A DNA stretch of 64,000 nucleotides from an uncultured Candidatus Saccharibacteria bacterium (GTDB lineage: Bacteria; Patescibacteriota; Saccharimonadia; Saccharimonadales; CAYZZS01): contig CAYZZS010000002.1 in the NCBI GenBank assembly GCA_964483035.1, forward strand, positions 24,872 to 88,871. The letters run 5' to 3'. The translations under genes and the position numbers were made by a program. Shown here piece after piece: positions 19,304 through 28,015 of the stretch (the first letter of the stretch is position 1; the number at the start of each line of letters is the position of its first letter). Below the pieces are notes generated by a model that worked only from the letters and a program-made list of their open reading frames with translations, was not told the origin of the DNA and ran no database searches.

Positions 19304-20542
19304 GTGAGGGGACGGGTGTCGGAATTAGACAAACAATCAAACCATGAACGCAAACTAGGCTTTTCCGGTATTCGGGCTGCCGCCGCTGTAATAGGTGTGA
19401 GCGGTGTATTCGCGCTCGGCGTTCTGTTCGGCCAAGGCAAGATAACGATCGGTGCGGATGGTGTATACCGGCAATCAGCCAATACTTCCTTGCCGGCTGA
19501 TCTGGATTACTCAAGTGTCGAGGAAGTCTATGATGCGCTCAGGGCCAGCTATGATGGCAGATTAAGCGTAGAAGATCTCATTAACGGTCTAAAGCGGGGA
19601 TTGGTCGAAGCGAGCGGCGATCCGTACACTGAATTCTTTGACGAAGAGGCTGCCCGGGAATTTAGCAACGAACTAAACGGTTCATTCACCGGTATCGGTG
19701 CGGAGTTAGGTCGGGAGAATGAGTCGATAATTATCGTGGCGCCCATCAGCGGATTTCCGGCAGAAAAAGCCGGCCTGCGCCCCCGTGATGTTATTGCCGA
19801 GGTTGATGGCGAGAGTGCTTATGGCTGGACCGTGCAGCAGGCAGTCAGTAAGATACGCGGCCCAGAAAACACCAACGTAACGCTGAAGGTAGTCCGCGGG
19901 GGAAGTGAAGAGCTGACGTTCGAAATTACGCGGGCCCAAATCACCATCCCGAGCGTTACATCGGAGATTCTGGACGGTAATATCGGCTACCTGCAGATTA
20001 GCCGGTACTCCGAAGACACCTCTCGGCTTGCCCGGACAGCGGCTGAAGACTTTAAGGCAGCCAGCGTGAAGGGTGTAATATTGGATCTGCGCAGTAATCC
20101 CGGCGGACTGCTTGATTCTGCCGTGGATGTCGCTAGTCTCTGGCTGGACAACAAGACAGTACTTGAGGAAAAGCGTGGCGATGTCGTAATAAAGACGTTT
20201 AGGTCCCGTGGTCGGCCGGTACTGCTTGGAGTGCCGACAGCTGTACTGATCAACGAAGGAAGCGCCAGTGCCAGTGAGATTACTGCCGGCGCCCTCAAGG
20301 ATCATGGTGCAGCGACGCTTATTGGAGTAGAGTCGTTTGGGAAGGGCAGCGTACAGCAGGTGGAAGAGCTGCGCGGTGGCGGCGCACTGAAAGTGACGAT
20401 TGCCCGTTGGTTTACGCCACATGGAGTAAATCTTGACAAGGAGGGCATCAAGCCGGATCAGAGTGTCGAATTTACTGAGGACGATTACAAGAACAATCGT
20501 GATCCGCAAAAAGACGCTGCAATCAAATTCCTCAACCAATAG
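19304..20542 (+). CDS. S41 family carboxyl-terminal processing protease (CtpA-like, PDZ)
   Basis: GDPYT, FTGIGAEL (PDZ), DLRSNPGGLL, GSASASEI, SFGKGSVQ. Confidence 0.92.
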   Translation: MRGRVSELDKQSNHERKLGFSGIRAAAAVIGVSGVFALGVLFGQGKITIGADGVYRQSANTSLPADLDYSSVEEVYDALRASYDGRLSVEDLINGLKRGLVEASGDPYTEFFDEEAAREFSNELNGSFTGIGAELGRENESIIIVAPISGFPAEKAGLRPRDVIAEVDGESAYGWTVQQAVSKIRGPENTNVTLKVVRGGSEELTFEITRAQITIPSVTSEILDGNIGYLQISRYSEDTSRLARTAAEDFKAASVKGVILDLRSNPGGLLDSAVDVASLWLDNKTVLEEKRGDVVIKTFRSRGRPVLLGVPTAVLINEGSASASEITAGALKDHGAATLIGVESFGKGSVQQVEELRGGGALKVTIARWFTPHGVNLDKEGIKPDQSVEFTEDDYKNNRDPQKDAAIKFLNQ

Positions 20543-20696
20543 CCAAATCAAGCTTCCTGGGTAATTTCGGCTGACTGCCCAGTAGGTCTTTGGCCGCCTT
20601 GTCTCGATTCGTTACTTAGAAGACAAAAATTAACATTATCCCTTGCGTATAGATAACCACTAGAGTAGTATCTTTAGTATCAGAGTAGGAGATATA

Positions 20697-22298
20697 GTGG
20701 CTAAACGTACCACGAAGTATGTGTTTGTTACTGGCGGTGTGCTTTCAGGGCTCGGAAAGGGCATCACTGCCGCCTCCATCGGAAACCTTCTCAAAGCCCG
20801 AAAACTCAAAGTCAACATTCAAAAATGCGACCCTTATTTGAACGTCGATGCCGGTACGCTGAATCCGGCTGAGCACGGTGAGTGTTTTGTTACCAAGGAC
20901 GGAGCAGAGACTGATCTTGATCTTGGGCATTACGAGCGGTTTTTAGATCAGGAATTGACCCAGAGTAGTTCGTTGATGAGCGGTCGGGTGCTGCAAAAGG
21001 TAATCACCGATGAGCGCGCCGGCAAATACTCCGGAAAAACAGTTCAATTTATACCACATGTGACGCAGGCGATCCAGGAGCAGATTATTGCAACGGCCGA
21101 GGGGTACGACGTGCACATAGTGGAGATTGGCGGCACGGTCGGCGACTACGAAGGGCTTAGTTTTATTGAGGCTATCCGTGAACTGGCGATGAAAGTCGGA
21201 CGCGAGAACTGTGTGTTTGCACACGTGGTGTACGTACCGTATTTGGGTGCCAGCAAAGAGTTCAAAACCAAGCCAGCCCAGAATGCCGTACGTGAGCTTA
21301 GGGGCCTGGGTATCGTTCCGGACGTCCTCGTAGCACGCAGCGAAGAGCATCCACCGGCATCGGCTATTAAGAAGCTAAGCCTGTTTAGTGGCGTGGAAGA
21401 GCGGGCAATTGTACTGCTGCCCAATGCTAGGTCTATTTATGAAGTGCCATTGACACTCGAAGAGGCGGGTATAGCGAACGTCATCGTTGAAAAGTTACGG
21501 CTCAAAGCCTCAAAGCCACAGCTGAAAGAGTGGGAGAGCGTGGTGAAGCGGGCAATCGGTAACCATAAGCAAAAACTGACAGTCGGAGTTGTCGCGAAGT
21601 ATCTTGATAATCAAGACACCTATATGTCGGTACTCGAAGCTCTCCGCTCAGCTGCCTGGTGGAACGACGTCATCGTTGATATTGTCTGGGTTGATGCTGA
21701 GGAGCTGGAGCAGGCAAAGGGCTGGGAGAAAGCCTTTGCTGATATAGACGGTATTGTGGTTCCAGGCGGTTTCGGCGGCCGCGGTATCGAGGGTAAGATC
21801 CGGGCGGCCCAGTATGCGTTGACGAACAAGCTGCCGTATCTTGGTCTGTGCCTCGGCATGCAAGTTGCGGTCATTGCAGCGGCCAGACTTTCAGGACTTA
21901 CGGATGCCAACTCAACCGAATTTGATCCTAAAAGCGAACACCAGGTCATCAGTACGATGGCAGACCAATTGGGTAAAGAGCATACCGGCGGCACCATGCG
22001 GCTCGGTGATTACCCGTGCGTCATTGAAAAGGGCAGTGTAGCGGCTAAGATATACGGTGCAACGAAAATTACTGAACGGCACCGGCATCGGTACGAGGCG
22101 AATAACGAGTACCGTGATAGGTATGAGTCATGGGGGATTAAGGCGGTTGGTCATTCACCGGATGGTACGTTGGTGGAGATGATCGAGGCGATTAACCATC
22201 CATTCATGGTTGCCAGCCAGTTTCATCCGGAATTCAAGTCCCGTCCCAATCGACCACATCCATTGTTTAACGGCTTCGTACGGTCCCTAAAACGCTAA
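20697..22298 (+). CDS. pyrG: CTP synthase
   Basis: TGGVLSGLGKGI, DPYLNVDAGT, PGGFGGRG, GLCLGMQ, ERHRHRYE, QFHPEF. Confidence 0.98.
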   Translation: MAKRTTKYVFVTGGVLSGLGKGITAASIGNLLKARKLKVNIQKCDPYLNVDAGTLNPAEHGECFVTKDGAETDLDLGHYERFLDQELTQSSSLMSGRVLQKVITDERAGKYSGKTVQFIPHVTQAIQEQIIATAEGYDVHIVEIGGTVGDYEGLSFIEAIRELAMKVGRENCVFAHVVYVPYLGASKEFKTKPAQNAVRELRGLGIVPDVLVARSEEHPPASAIKKLSLFSGVEERAIVLLPNARSIYEVPLTLEEAGIANVIVEKLRLKASKPQLKEWESVVKRAIGNHKQKLTVGVVAKYLDNQDTYMSVLEALRSAAWWNDVIVDIVWVDAEELEQAKGWEKAFADIDGIVVPGGFGGRGIEGKIRAAQYALTNKLPYLGLCLGMQVAVIAAARLSGLTDANSTEFDPKSEHQVISTMADQLGKEHTGGTMRLGDYPCVIEKGSVAAKIYGATKITERHRHRYEANNEYRDRYESWGIKAVGHSPDGTLVEMIEAINHPFMVASQFHPEFKSRPNRPHPLFNGFVRSLKR

Positions 22299-22398
22299 GA
22301 GCGGCCGTCAGTACGCAGCATTCAATCCATCGCCTAGCAGTTGCAAAAATTACCAAAAGCTATTTGCTATTTTGGGGGTACTGCGTTAGCATTTCTGT

Positions 22399-22809
22399 AT
22401 GGACCAGTCTGTAACTCCTTCTACAAATCCGCAACCACAAGCCAAAAAAGTACTGCTCGTCGAAGACGATGACAGTCTGGCAAATGTCTATCAAACCCGC
22501 TTGCAAGCCGAAGGCTTTAATGTCAAGCGAGTACCAAATGGCGAAGACGCGCTGGCGTCAGCCATGGAATTCCGCCCGGATTTGATTCTGCTAGATGTGA
22601 TGATGCCGAAGGTGAACGGCTTTGATGTACTGGATATTCTTAGGAATACGCCGGACACGGCTAATGTCAAGGTGGTGATGCTCACGGCACTTAGCCAGGA
22701 GAGTGATCGGCAGCGTGCGACAGAGCTAGGGGTTGATGACTACATGGTCAAATCCCAGGTTGTTATTGCGGATGTTGTAGAGAGAATCAAAAACCATTTA
22801 AATCAGTAG
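22399..22809 (+). CDS. Single-domain response regulator (canonical receiver)
   Basis: LLVEDD, LILLDVMMP (phospho-Asp), MLTA, YMVKS. Confidence 0.9.
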   Translation: MDQSVTPSTNPQPQAKKVLLVEDDDSLANVYQTRLQAEGFNVKRVPNGEDALASAMEFRPDLILLDVMMPKVNGFDVLDILRNTPDTANVKVVMLTALSQESDRQRATELGVDDYMVKSQVVIADVVERIKNHLNQ

Positions 22810-22858
22810 AGCTCAAGCCGGCTTATCGGCCGGCCGGTTAGGTAGGGGTGCCGGGAGA

Positions 22859-24913
22859 ATGACGCCTAATTTGAACGAAGAGATTGAAGCGGCGGCTGCA
22901 AAAGGTGTGCCGCCGCAATACATTGCGTCATCTTTGATTGCTGCAGGCTGGCCGGAGAGCCTTGTCAACCAGGCGATCGCCAGCTGGCGTATGCGGCGGC
23001 CTGCACAGCGCACAGTCGGGTTCCGTAGTTGGCTTGCTAGATATCGGTCGCGTGCCCTGCCGGCAGTTATCACTATGATAGCGTTTGGCTGTATCAGCGT
23101 AGCGATCATTTTACTCAAGCCATGGCCAACTAAGATTATGATTGACTCCGCCTTCGGTCCGTACACCGCGCCCGGTCCGCTTGCACCGCTGACCGGTAAG
23201 CCGGAGCTTATTCTCGTTACTGCTATACTTACGATTATTATTTTTCTAGTCGGATCTGCATTCCATTTGCTAAAAAACTATACGCTACTGAAGCTTAGCT
23301 TTTGGCTGAACCGGGATATTAAGGAAGAGTCGTTCCGTCACATACTGCACCTGCCGCTGTATCACCAGGAGCGGTTGGCGAAGGGTGATTATGTGTATCG
23401 TCAGAATATCGTGACTAATAGTCTGGCGGACTACGTCCTTGGCACGACGGCATCGATTGGCGAGTCGGTAATAATGGTTATTAGCGTTCTTACGGTCATG
23501 CTGTACTTTAGCGTTGAGTTGACGATTATCAGTGTCATCCTGGTGCCGTTTCTTTTTGTGCTTATTCGGATGTTTGGTCCGCCGCTCGGTAAAATCGCCC
23601 GCGAGAGCGCCGAAGTTGCCAGTAAAACCTCTGCGGTTCTGCATGAGTCAGTTGATAACGCCGAAGCTGTACAGGCATACACGCTTGAAGAGAAGCAGAT
23701 CATGAAGGCAAACAGCTTGTGGCAGAGGGGTTACGAGTTATCAAAACTGGGCCTGTTCTGGGGTCACGCTTTCAGGTCGGTTAACTCGTTGCTCATAATC
23801 TTAGGAACCTCAGCAGTCATGTATTTCGGCGGTATGTCGGTGCTCAAGCAGGAGATTACAATCGGTGAGCTGCTGATTTTCATGACGTATATGGGGTATC
23901 TTCTTGGTCCAATCGAGGCCATTGCTACGCAGCTGGCTGCTCGAAAACAGAAGCTAGTGGATGTCGGCCGAGTTCATGAAATCATGAGTGACCATGAAGG
24001 GATTGAGTTCCTGCGACAAGGTATTCCGTTTGAGCCGGGAAGTGGGAAGATCGAGTTTCAGAACGTGTCGTATAGCTATGGTGATGTCTCTGTACTACAA
24101 GGTCTGAATCTGACGATTGAGGCAGGCCAGAAGGTTGCAATCATCGGGCCGAGCGGCAGCGGAAAAACAACAATCGCTAAGATGCTACCACTCTTTATTC
24201 AGCCGGCTGAAGGGCGTATTTTGGTTGATGGTATAGATACACAGACCGTATCGCTTCAGCAGCTGCGTCAGAAGATCGCCTGGATCGGGCAGACGCCGCA
24301 GCTGTTTGGCCAGTCGGTGCTGGAGAATATCCTAGACGGCGATGTCTATCGCCGCCCCACCGAAGAAGAGGTTCGTGAGGTGATGCGGGTCGCCCATGTC
24401 GATGAATTTGTCGCTAAGATGCCTATGGGTGTACAGACGATGGTTGGCGAGGAGGGGAGTACGCTGAGCGGCGGCCAGCGTCAGCGCGTCTCGATAGCCC
24501 GGGGACTGCTCAAGCAGGCGCCTATTTTATGTATGGACGAACCGACGGCAGCACTTGATAGCAAGAGTGAGAACTATATCCGTGATGCACTTATGCCCGC
24601 CATGCAGGGCAGGACCGTGCTGATGATTACGCATCGTAAATCACTACTCAAGTTGATGGACAAAATATATGTTCTGGATAACGGAGTGCTTCGTGATGTC
24701 AATGAGCTGGGCGGTATTGATCGGTACCTGCAGAAAATTGAGGGAGAAGACAATCGACAGGACGCAAAAGCTAAGCGTTTTGAGCATTTGATTGACGAAT
24801 ACATACAGTATAGCCGCCAGCGAAATCGTCGGATTGCGGAGTCGCTGGAGAGTTGGTCAGCTGCTTCTCCTGATGCGCTGGGCGGCAGCCCGCCGTTCGA
24901 TACCGATAGCTAG
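22859..24913 (+). CDS. ABC exporter (fused permease and ATPase) with an extra N-terminal helical motif
   Basis: Multi-TM membrane domain; GPSGSGKTT, LSGGQRQR, MDEPTAALD, ITHR. Confidence 0.92.
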   Translation: MTPNLNEEIEAAAAKGVPPQYIASSLIAAGWPESLVNQAIASWRMRRPAQRTVGFRSWLARYRSRALPAVITMIAFGCISVAIILLKPWPTKIMIDSAFGPYTAPGPLAPLTGKPELILVTAILTIIIFLVGSAFHLLKNYTLLKLSFWLNRDIKEESFRHILHLPLYHQERLAKGDYVYRQNIVTNSLADYVLGTTASIGESVIMVISVLTVMLYFSVELTIISVILVPFLFVLIRMFGPPLGKIARESAEVASKTSAVLHESVDNAEAVQAYTLEEKQIMKANSLWQRGYELSKLGLFWGHAFRSVNSLLIILGTSAVMYFGGMSVLKQEITIGELLIFMTYMGYLLGPIEAIATQLAARKQKLVDVGRVHEIMSDHEGIEFLRQGIPFEPGSGKIEFQNVSYSYGDVSVLQGLNLTIEAGQKVAIIGPSGSGKTTIAKMLPLFIQPAEGRILVDGIDTQTVSLQQLRQKIAWIGQTPQLFGQSVLENILDGDVYRRPTEEEVREVMRVAHVDEFVAKMPMGVQTMVGEEGSTLSGGQRQRVSIARGLLKQAPILCMDEPTAALDSKSENYIRDALMPAMQGRTVLMITHRKSLLKLMDKIYVLDNGVLRDVNELGGIDRYLQKIEGEDNRQDAKAKRFEHLIDEYIQYSRQRNRRIAESLESWSAASPDALGGSPPFDTDS

Positions 24914-25005
24914 ATCATTAGCTTGATAGCTTATAAGAGCACATATAAGAGTTACGGGGTGTCAGAATATAATAAGCGACTTGTTTATTGCAGTAGGCTT
25001 AGTGC

Positions 25006-25533
25006 CTAGCGCCCAACGAAGTTATTCCAGTCTTCGTCAGCCCGTCGCCGCGCCTCTAGCCAGGTCATGCCGGGGTACTGATCGATGAGGGCCCGGGCGT
25101 TATTGCGAAGTCTGGCGTCCAGATCGGCCAGCTCACCTTTTGGTAGGTGGGACTTTATGTATTCGTCTAAATCGGCATCAATATGTGCCCGTGCCTGCTC
25201 CGGTGTCATCCATGGGTTTTCTTTGTTGTAGGCCTGCGCCCGTTCGCGCAATTTCTGTTCAATATTAGCAAGCCAGTCTTCTCCGCTAAGTGCTTTAATC
25301 TGGCCGCTCTTGTAACGGTTCTGATACTTTGCCCGATATAGCTTATCCAGCAGCTCCTTAAGCAGGGACTTTTCGTTTGAGGTTAATCGCGCATGGGTGC
25401 CTTGGGCTTTTATCTTGGCAATAACCTCTTTGGCACTAGGTCTAATAGAGGCAGAGGGGCGCTCCGAAACCTGTGTGACGGATATTTTCTTCTTTGGTTT
25501 GCTGCTGGTTGATTTCTTGGCTTTGGCGTTCAT
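25006..25533 (-). CDS. Hypothetical protein with a basic N-terminus and two copies of a ~40-aa helical repeat
   Basis: Repeats (e.g. ELADLDARLRNNARALIDQYPGMTWLEARRRADEDWNNFV) match those in the upstream gene; 35-bp gap to that gene. Confidence 0.8.
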   Translation of the reverse strand: MNAKAKKSTSSKPKKKISVTQVSERPSASIRPSAKEVIAKIKAQGTHARLTSNEKSLLKELLDKLYRAKYQNRYKSGQIKALSGEDWLANIEQKLRERAQAYNKENPWMTPEQARAHIDADLDEYIKSHLPKGELADLDARLRNNARALIDQYPGMTWLEARRRADEDWNNFVGR

Positions 25534-25568
25534 GACTCTGGCTACAGTTAATTAGCTACCCCTGATGA

Positions 25569-27818
25569 TTACCACGGAACATTACCGTTTGCGTCCATAG
25601 GTACGCTGTTATAGAGTGCACCCGCGATGTCTACAGCATTTTCAGGCGTGACACCTGGTGCACTAGCCGGTAGGTTAGCGGCGATTTGCTGGAGTCGCTG
25701 TTCATGAGCCGCTGCTTCTTGGGCTGCAACGAAATTCTGGAAATTCGTATCAGCGATGGCTCTTGCTTCAGCCCAGCTTGAAGCCTGTCCGCTTGTTAGG
25801 AGTTCCGTTGCATTTTTGTCAAGTGCTTCGTCAAGCTGCGCTAATTCGGGACTGGCGTTTGGACGGGTGAGGAAGTTTTCCCAGTCTCGGTCTGCCATGG
25901 CTCGGGCGACATGCGGAGCATACCCTTGGCTGACATACACTTGCGCATTTTCATTGAGGGCGTGCTCTAGCCTTGCTAAGTCATCCTGTGCTTTTAGGAC
26001 TTCAGGGGGCAGCTCATCTTGGTTCGTATTGATTGGTGCTGCCGGGTCGGTCGTGATGGCGGGTGCAGGAGTAGACACCGGCTGCTCCTGCCAGGGGTTT
26101 GCCTCTAGCCATGGATCCGGTGATGATGATTGCTGTGGTGGTTCCTGGGGCTGCACCCACGGTTCTCCGGGTTGATTTACCCAGGGTTGTTGCTGCCATG
26201 ACTCTTGCTGCTTCTGCGCTTCCTGTTCCTGCTGCCACTGTTGCTGTGCCTGTCCGACCGGGTCAACCCATGAGGGCTGCTGTGCTACATTGTAGTCTAC
26301 GGCGATGCTATTGGCTTCGGCGGCCGCGCGATCGGCTGCATATCGCTCTTCTTGCTCTCGTGCCTTTAGAACTTCGGGGGGCAGTTCATCCTGATTCATA
26401 TTGATTGGAGCTGTCGGATCGGATGTTATTTCCGGCGCAGGGACGGTTACCGGCTGTTGTGAGCGGACGAAATCGTTGAATTCGCGGTCGGCCTGGGCTC
26501 GCGCGTCATCCCAGCTCATACCGGTCTCGCGTGATATTTCAGCTGCCCGGTCGTCCATCCTTTTGATGAAGGTATTCCACTCGTCTTCGACCCGATACCT
26601 GGCTTCACTTTCAGGTACGCCCGGGTTTTTCCGCATGTACTCCTCGGTCTGTTTATTCAGATGGTCTTCGAGCTTGGCGAGGTCATCGCTGCTTTTGCCG
26701 CTCTCTACATCGCCAACGAAATTCTGGAAGTCAACCTCAGCCTGGGCCCGTGCCTTGTTAAAGTCATCGCCGTACATTTCGGGGAAGCGGCGCATGAGCT
26801 CACGAGCGTTGTAATCCAGCCGGGCGGAGAGTTCAGCCAGCGGATCCATACCAAGGCCGGTATTGAGATGCGCCGGGTTGTCTTCGTTGTGATGGTTTGG
26901 CGTCACGCTGACCGGATTGCCCGCGGCAGCTTCGGCTTGCGCCCTTTCCCAGTCGCTGACCGGCTGATCTGTCCCCGTGAGTAATCCTGCTTTCGCATCT
27001 TCAATGATACGGTCCGGGGAAGGTCCGCCTCGCAGTTCGTCTTTCGCATCTTCGATTATTTGATCAGGTGAGCGAGACGAGCTATTGTCTGTGAATGTGT
27101 GGTTACGAAAGCCGTCACTGGCCGGGAGGTTGAAAGGGTTGTCGTCGATGAGCGGCTTGGCGGCAACATCGTAATCCTGGGCTGCCGCATTGGCTTGTGC
27201 GGCTTTCTCGGCTGGGGTCAATTGCCGTGCGCCGCTTGGTGACGGGCCATCCTGGTCCGTTACGGATACTTTGACCGGATTACCGACCGCGGCTTCTTCC
27301 TGGGCCTTATCGTCGCGGCCCAGCAGTCGGTCGGTGATAGGATCAGGGATTGATGTCGGCTGTTGCCTGTAGGGGGAGTTGCCGGCCGGTGAACTCTCCT
27401 GGGCATTCAAAGCGTTGCGGTTAGTGCCCAAATCGGCGGCGGCTGCCGGCTGGCTGGTGCTGCTTCTGGACTCCTGCCTCACTTCGGAATTCGAGTTTGA
27501 GCTGCGATCCCCGGAGGCGACAGGCGCAGTGTAACTGGTCCGGCGGCTTGCTTCTTCTTTGGCGCGGCGTTCGACTTCCGATTCAGTGCGCACGCCGCCC
27601 TTGCCGGGCTGTTCAGCGGCGCCTAACCCGGCTTCTTCCGGACCGCCTTTTTTCGGAATATTGCTCTTAGCAGTAGTGCTGCTGTCGGAATTGTCTGCCT
27701 GGCTGTCATCTTCGGGCTGTCTCATGATGGCCTGTGACCAGTCATCGATGCGGCGGACTACACGGAAGTCATCGCCGTTGCTACCATTATTATCTGTTGA
27801 GTTGTTGTCCGGTTCCAT
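25569..27818 (-). CDS. Large low-complexity hypothetical protein with five ~40-aa helical repeats and other internal duplications
   Basis: 749-aa ORF; the duplicated segments 25990-26069 and 26362-26441 differ mostly at synonymous positions, which supports coding status. Confidence 0.85.
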   Translation of the reverse strand: MEPDNNSTDNNGSNGDDFRVVRRIDDWSQAIMRQPEDDSQADNSDSSTTAKSNIPKKGGPEEAGLGAAEQPGKGGVRTESEVERRAKEEASRRTSYTAPVASGDRSSNSNSEVRQESRSSTSQPAAAADLGTNRNALNAQESSPAGNSPYRQQPTSIPDPITDRLLGRDDKAQEEAAVGNPVKVSVTDQDGPSPSGARQLTPAEKAAQANAAAQDYDVAAKPLIDDNPFNLPASDGFRNHTFTDNSSSRSPDQIIEDAKDELRGGPSPDRIIEDAKAGLLTGTDQPVSDWERAQAEAAAGNPVSVTPNHHNEDNPAHLNTGLGMDPLAELSARLDYNARELMRRFPEMYGDDFNKARAQAEVDFQNFVGDVESGKSSDDLAKLEDHLNKQTEEYMRKNPGVPESEARYRVEDEWNTFIKRMDDRAAEISRETGMSWDDARAQADREFNDFVRSQQPVTVPAPEITSDPTAPINMNQDELPPEVLKAREQEERYAADRAAAEANSIAVDYNVAQQPSWVDPVGQAQQQWQQEQEAQKQQESWQQQPWVNQPGEPWVQPQEPPQQSSSPDPWLEANPWQEQPVSTPAPAITTDPAAPINTNQDELPPEVLKAQDDLARLEHALNENAQVYVSQGYAPHVARAMADRDWENFLTRPNASPELAQLDEALDKNATELLTSGQASSWAEARAIADTNFQNFVAAQEAAAHEQRLQQIAANLPASAPGVTPENAVDIAGALYNSVPMDANGNVPW

Positions 27819-27957
27819 ATACTGCGCACCTTTTTATTTTTTAAACAGTGTATACCTTGAGCATAAGCGGTTAGATTCTTCACGTCAAATCTTTTTTACA
27901 ACTTTTTGATATACGCATTAACAATCGCGCATAGGTAGTCTTATTAACGTAAGCATA

Positions 27958-28015
27958 TTGACAAAACAGCAATATTTTGCTAAAATAAGATATGTAACGT
28001 ACAAAAACAAACATT
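27958..28015 (+). promoter_or_regulatory. Sigma70-type promoter and A/C-rich leader of the PP2C-FHA gene
   Basis: TTGACA, 17 nt spacer, TGcTAAAAT, then ACAAAAACAAAC before ATG 28016. Confidence 0.6.

Noticed and set aside
19706-20551. Long antisense ORFs (e.g. 281 aa opposite the S41 protease, 212 aa opposite rsmE, 207 aa over secA/M16)
   Set aside because: Shadow frames of well-supported genes, with no recognisable motifs
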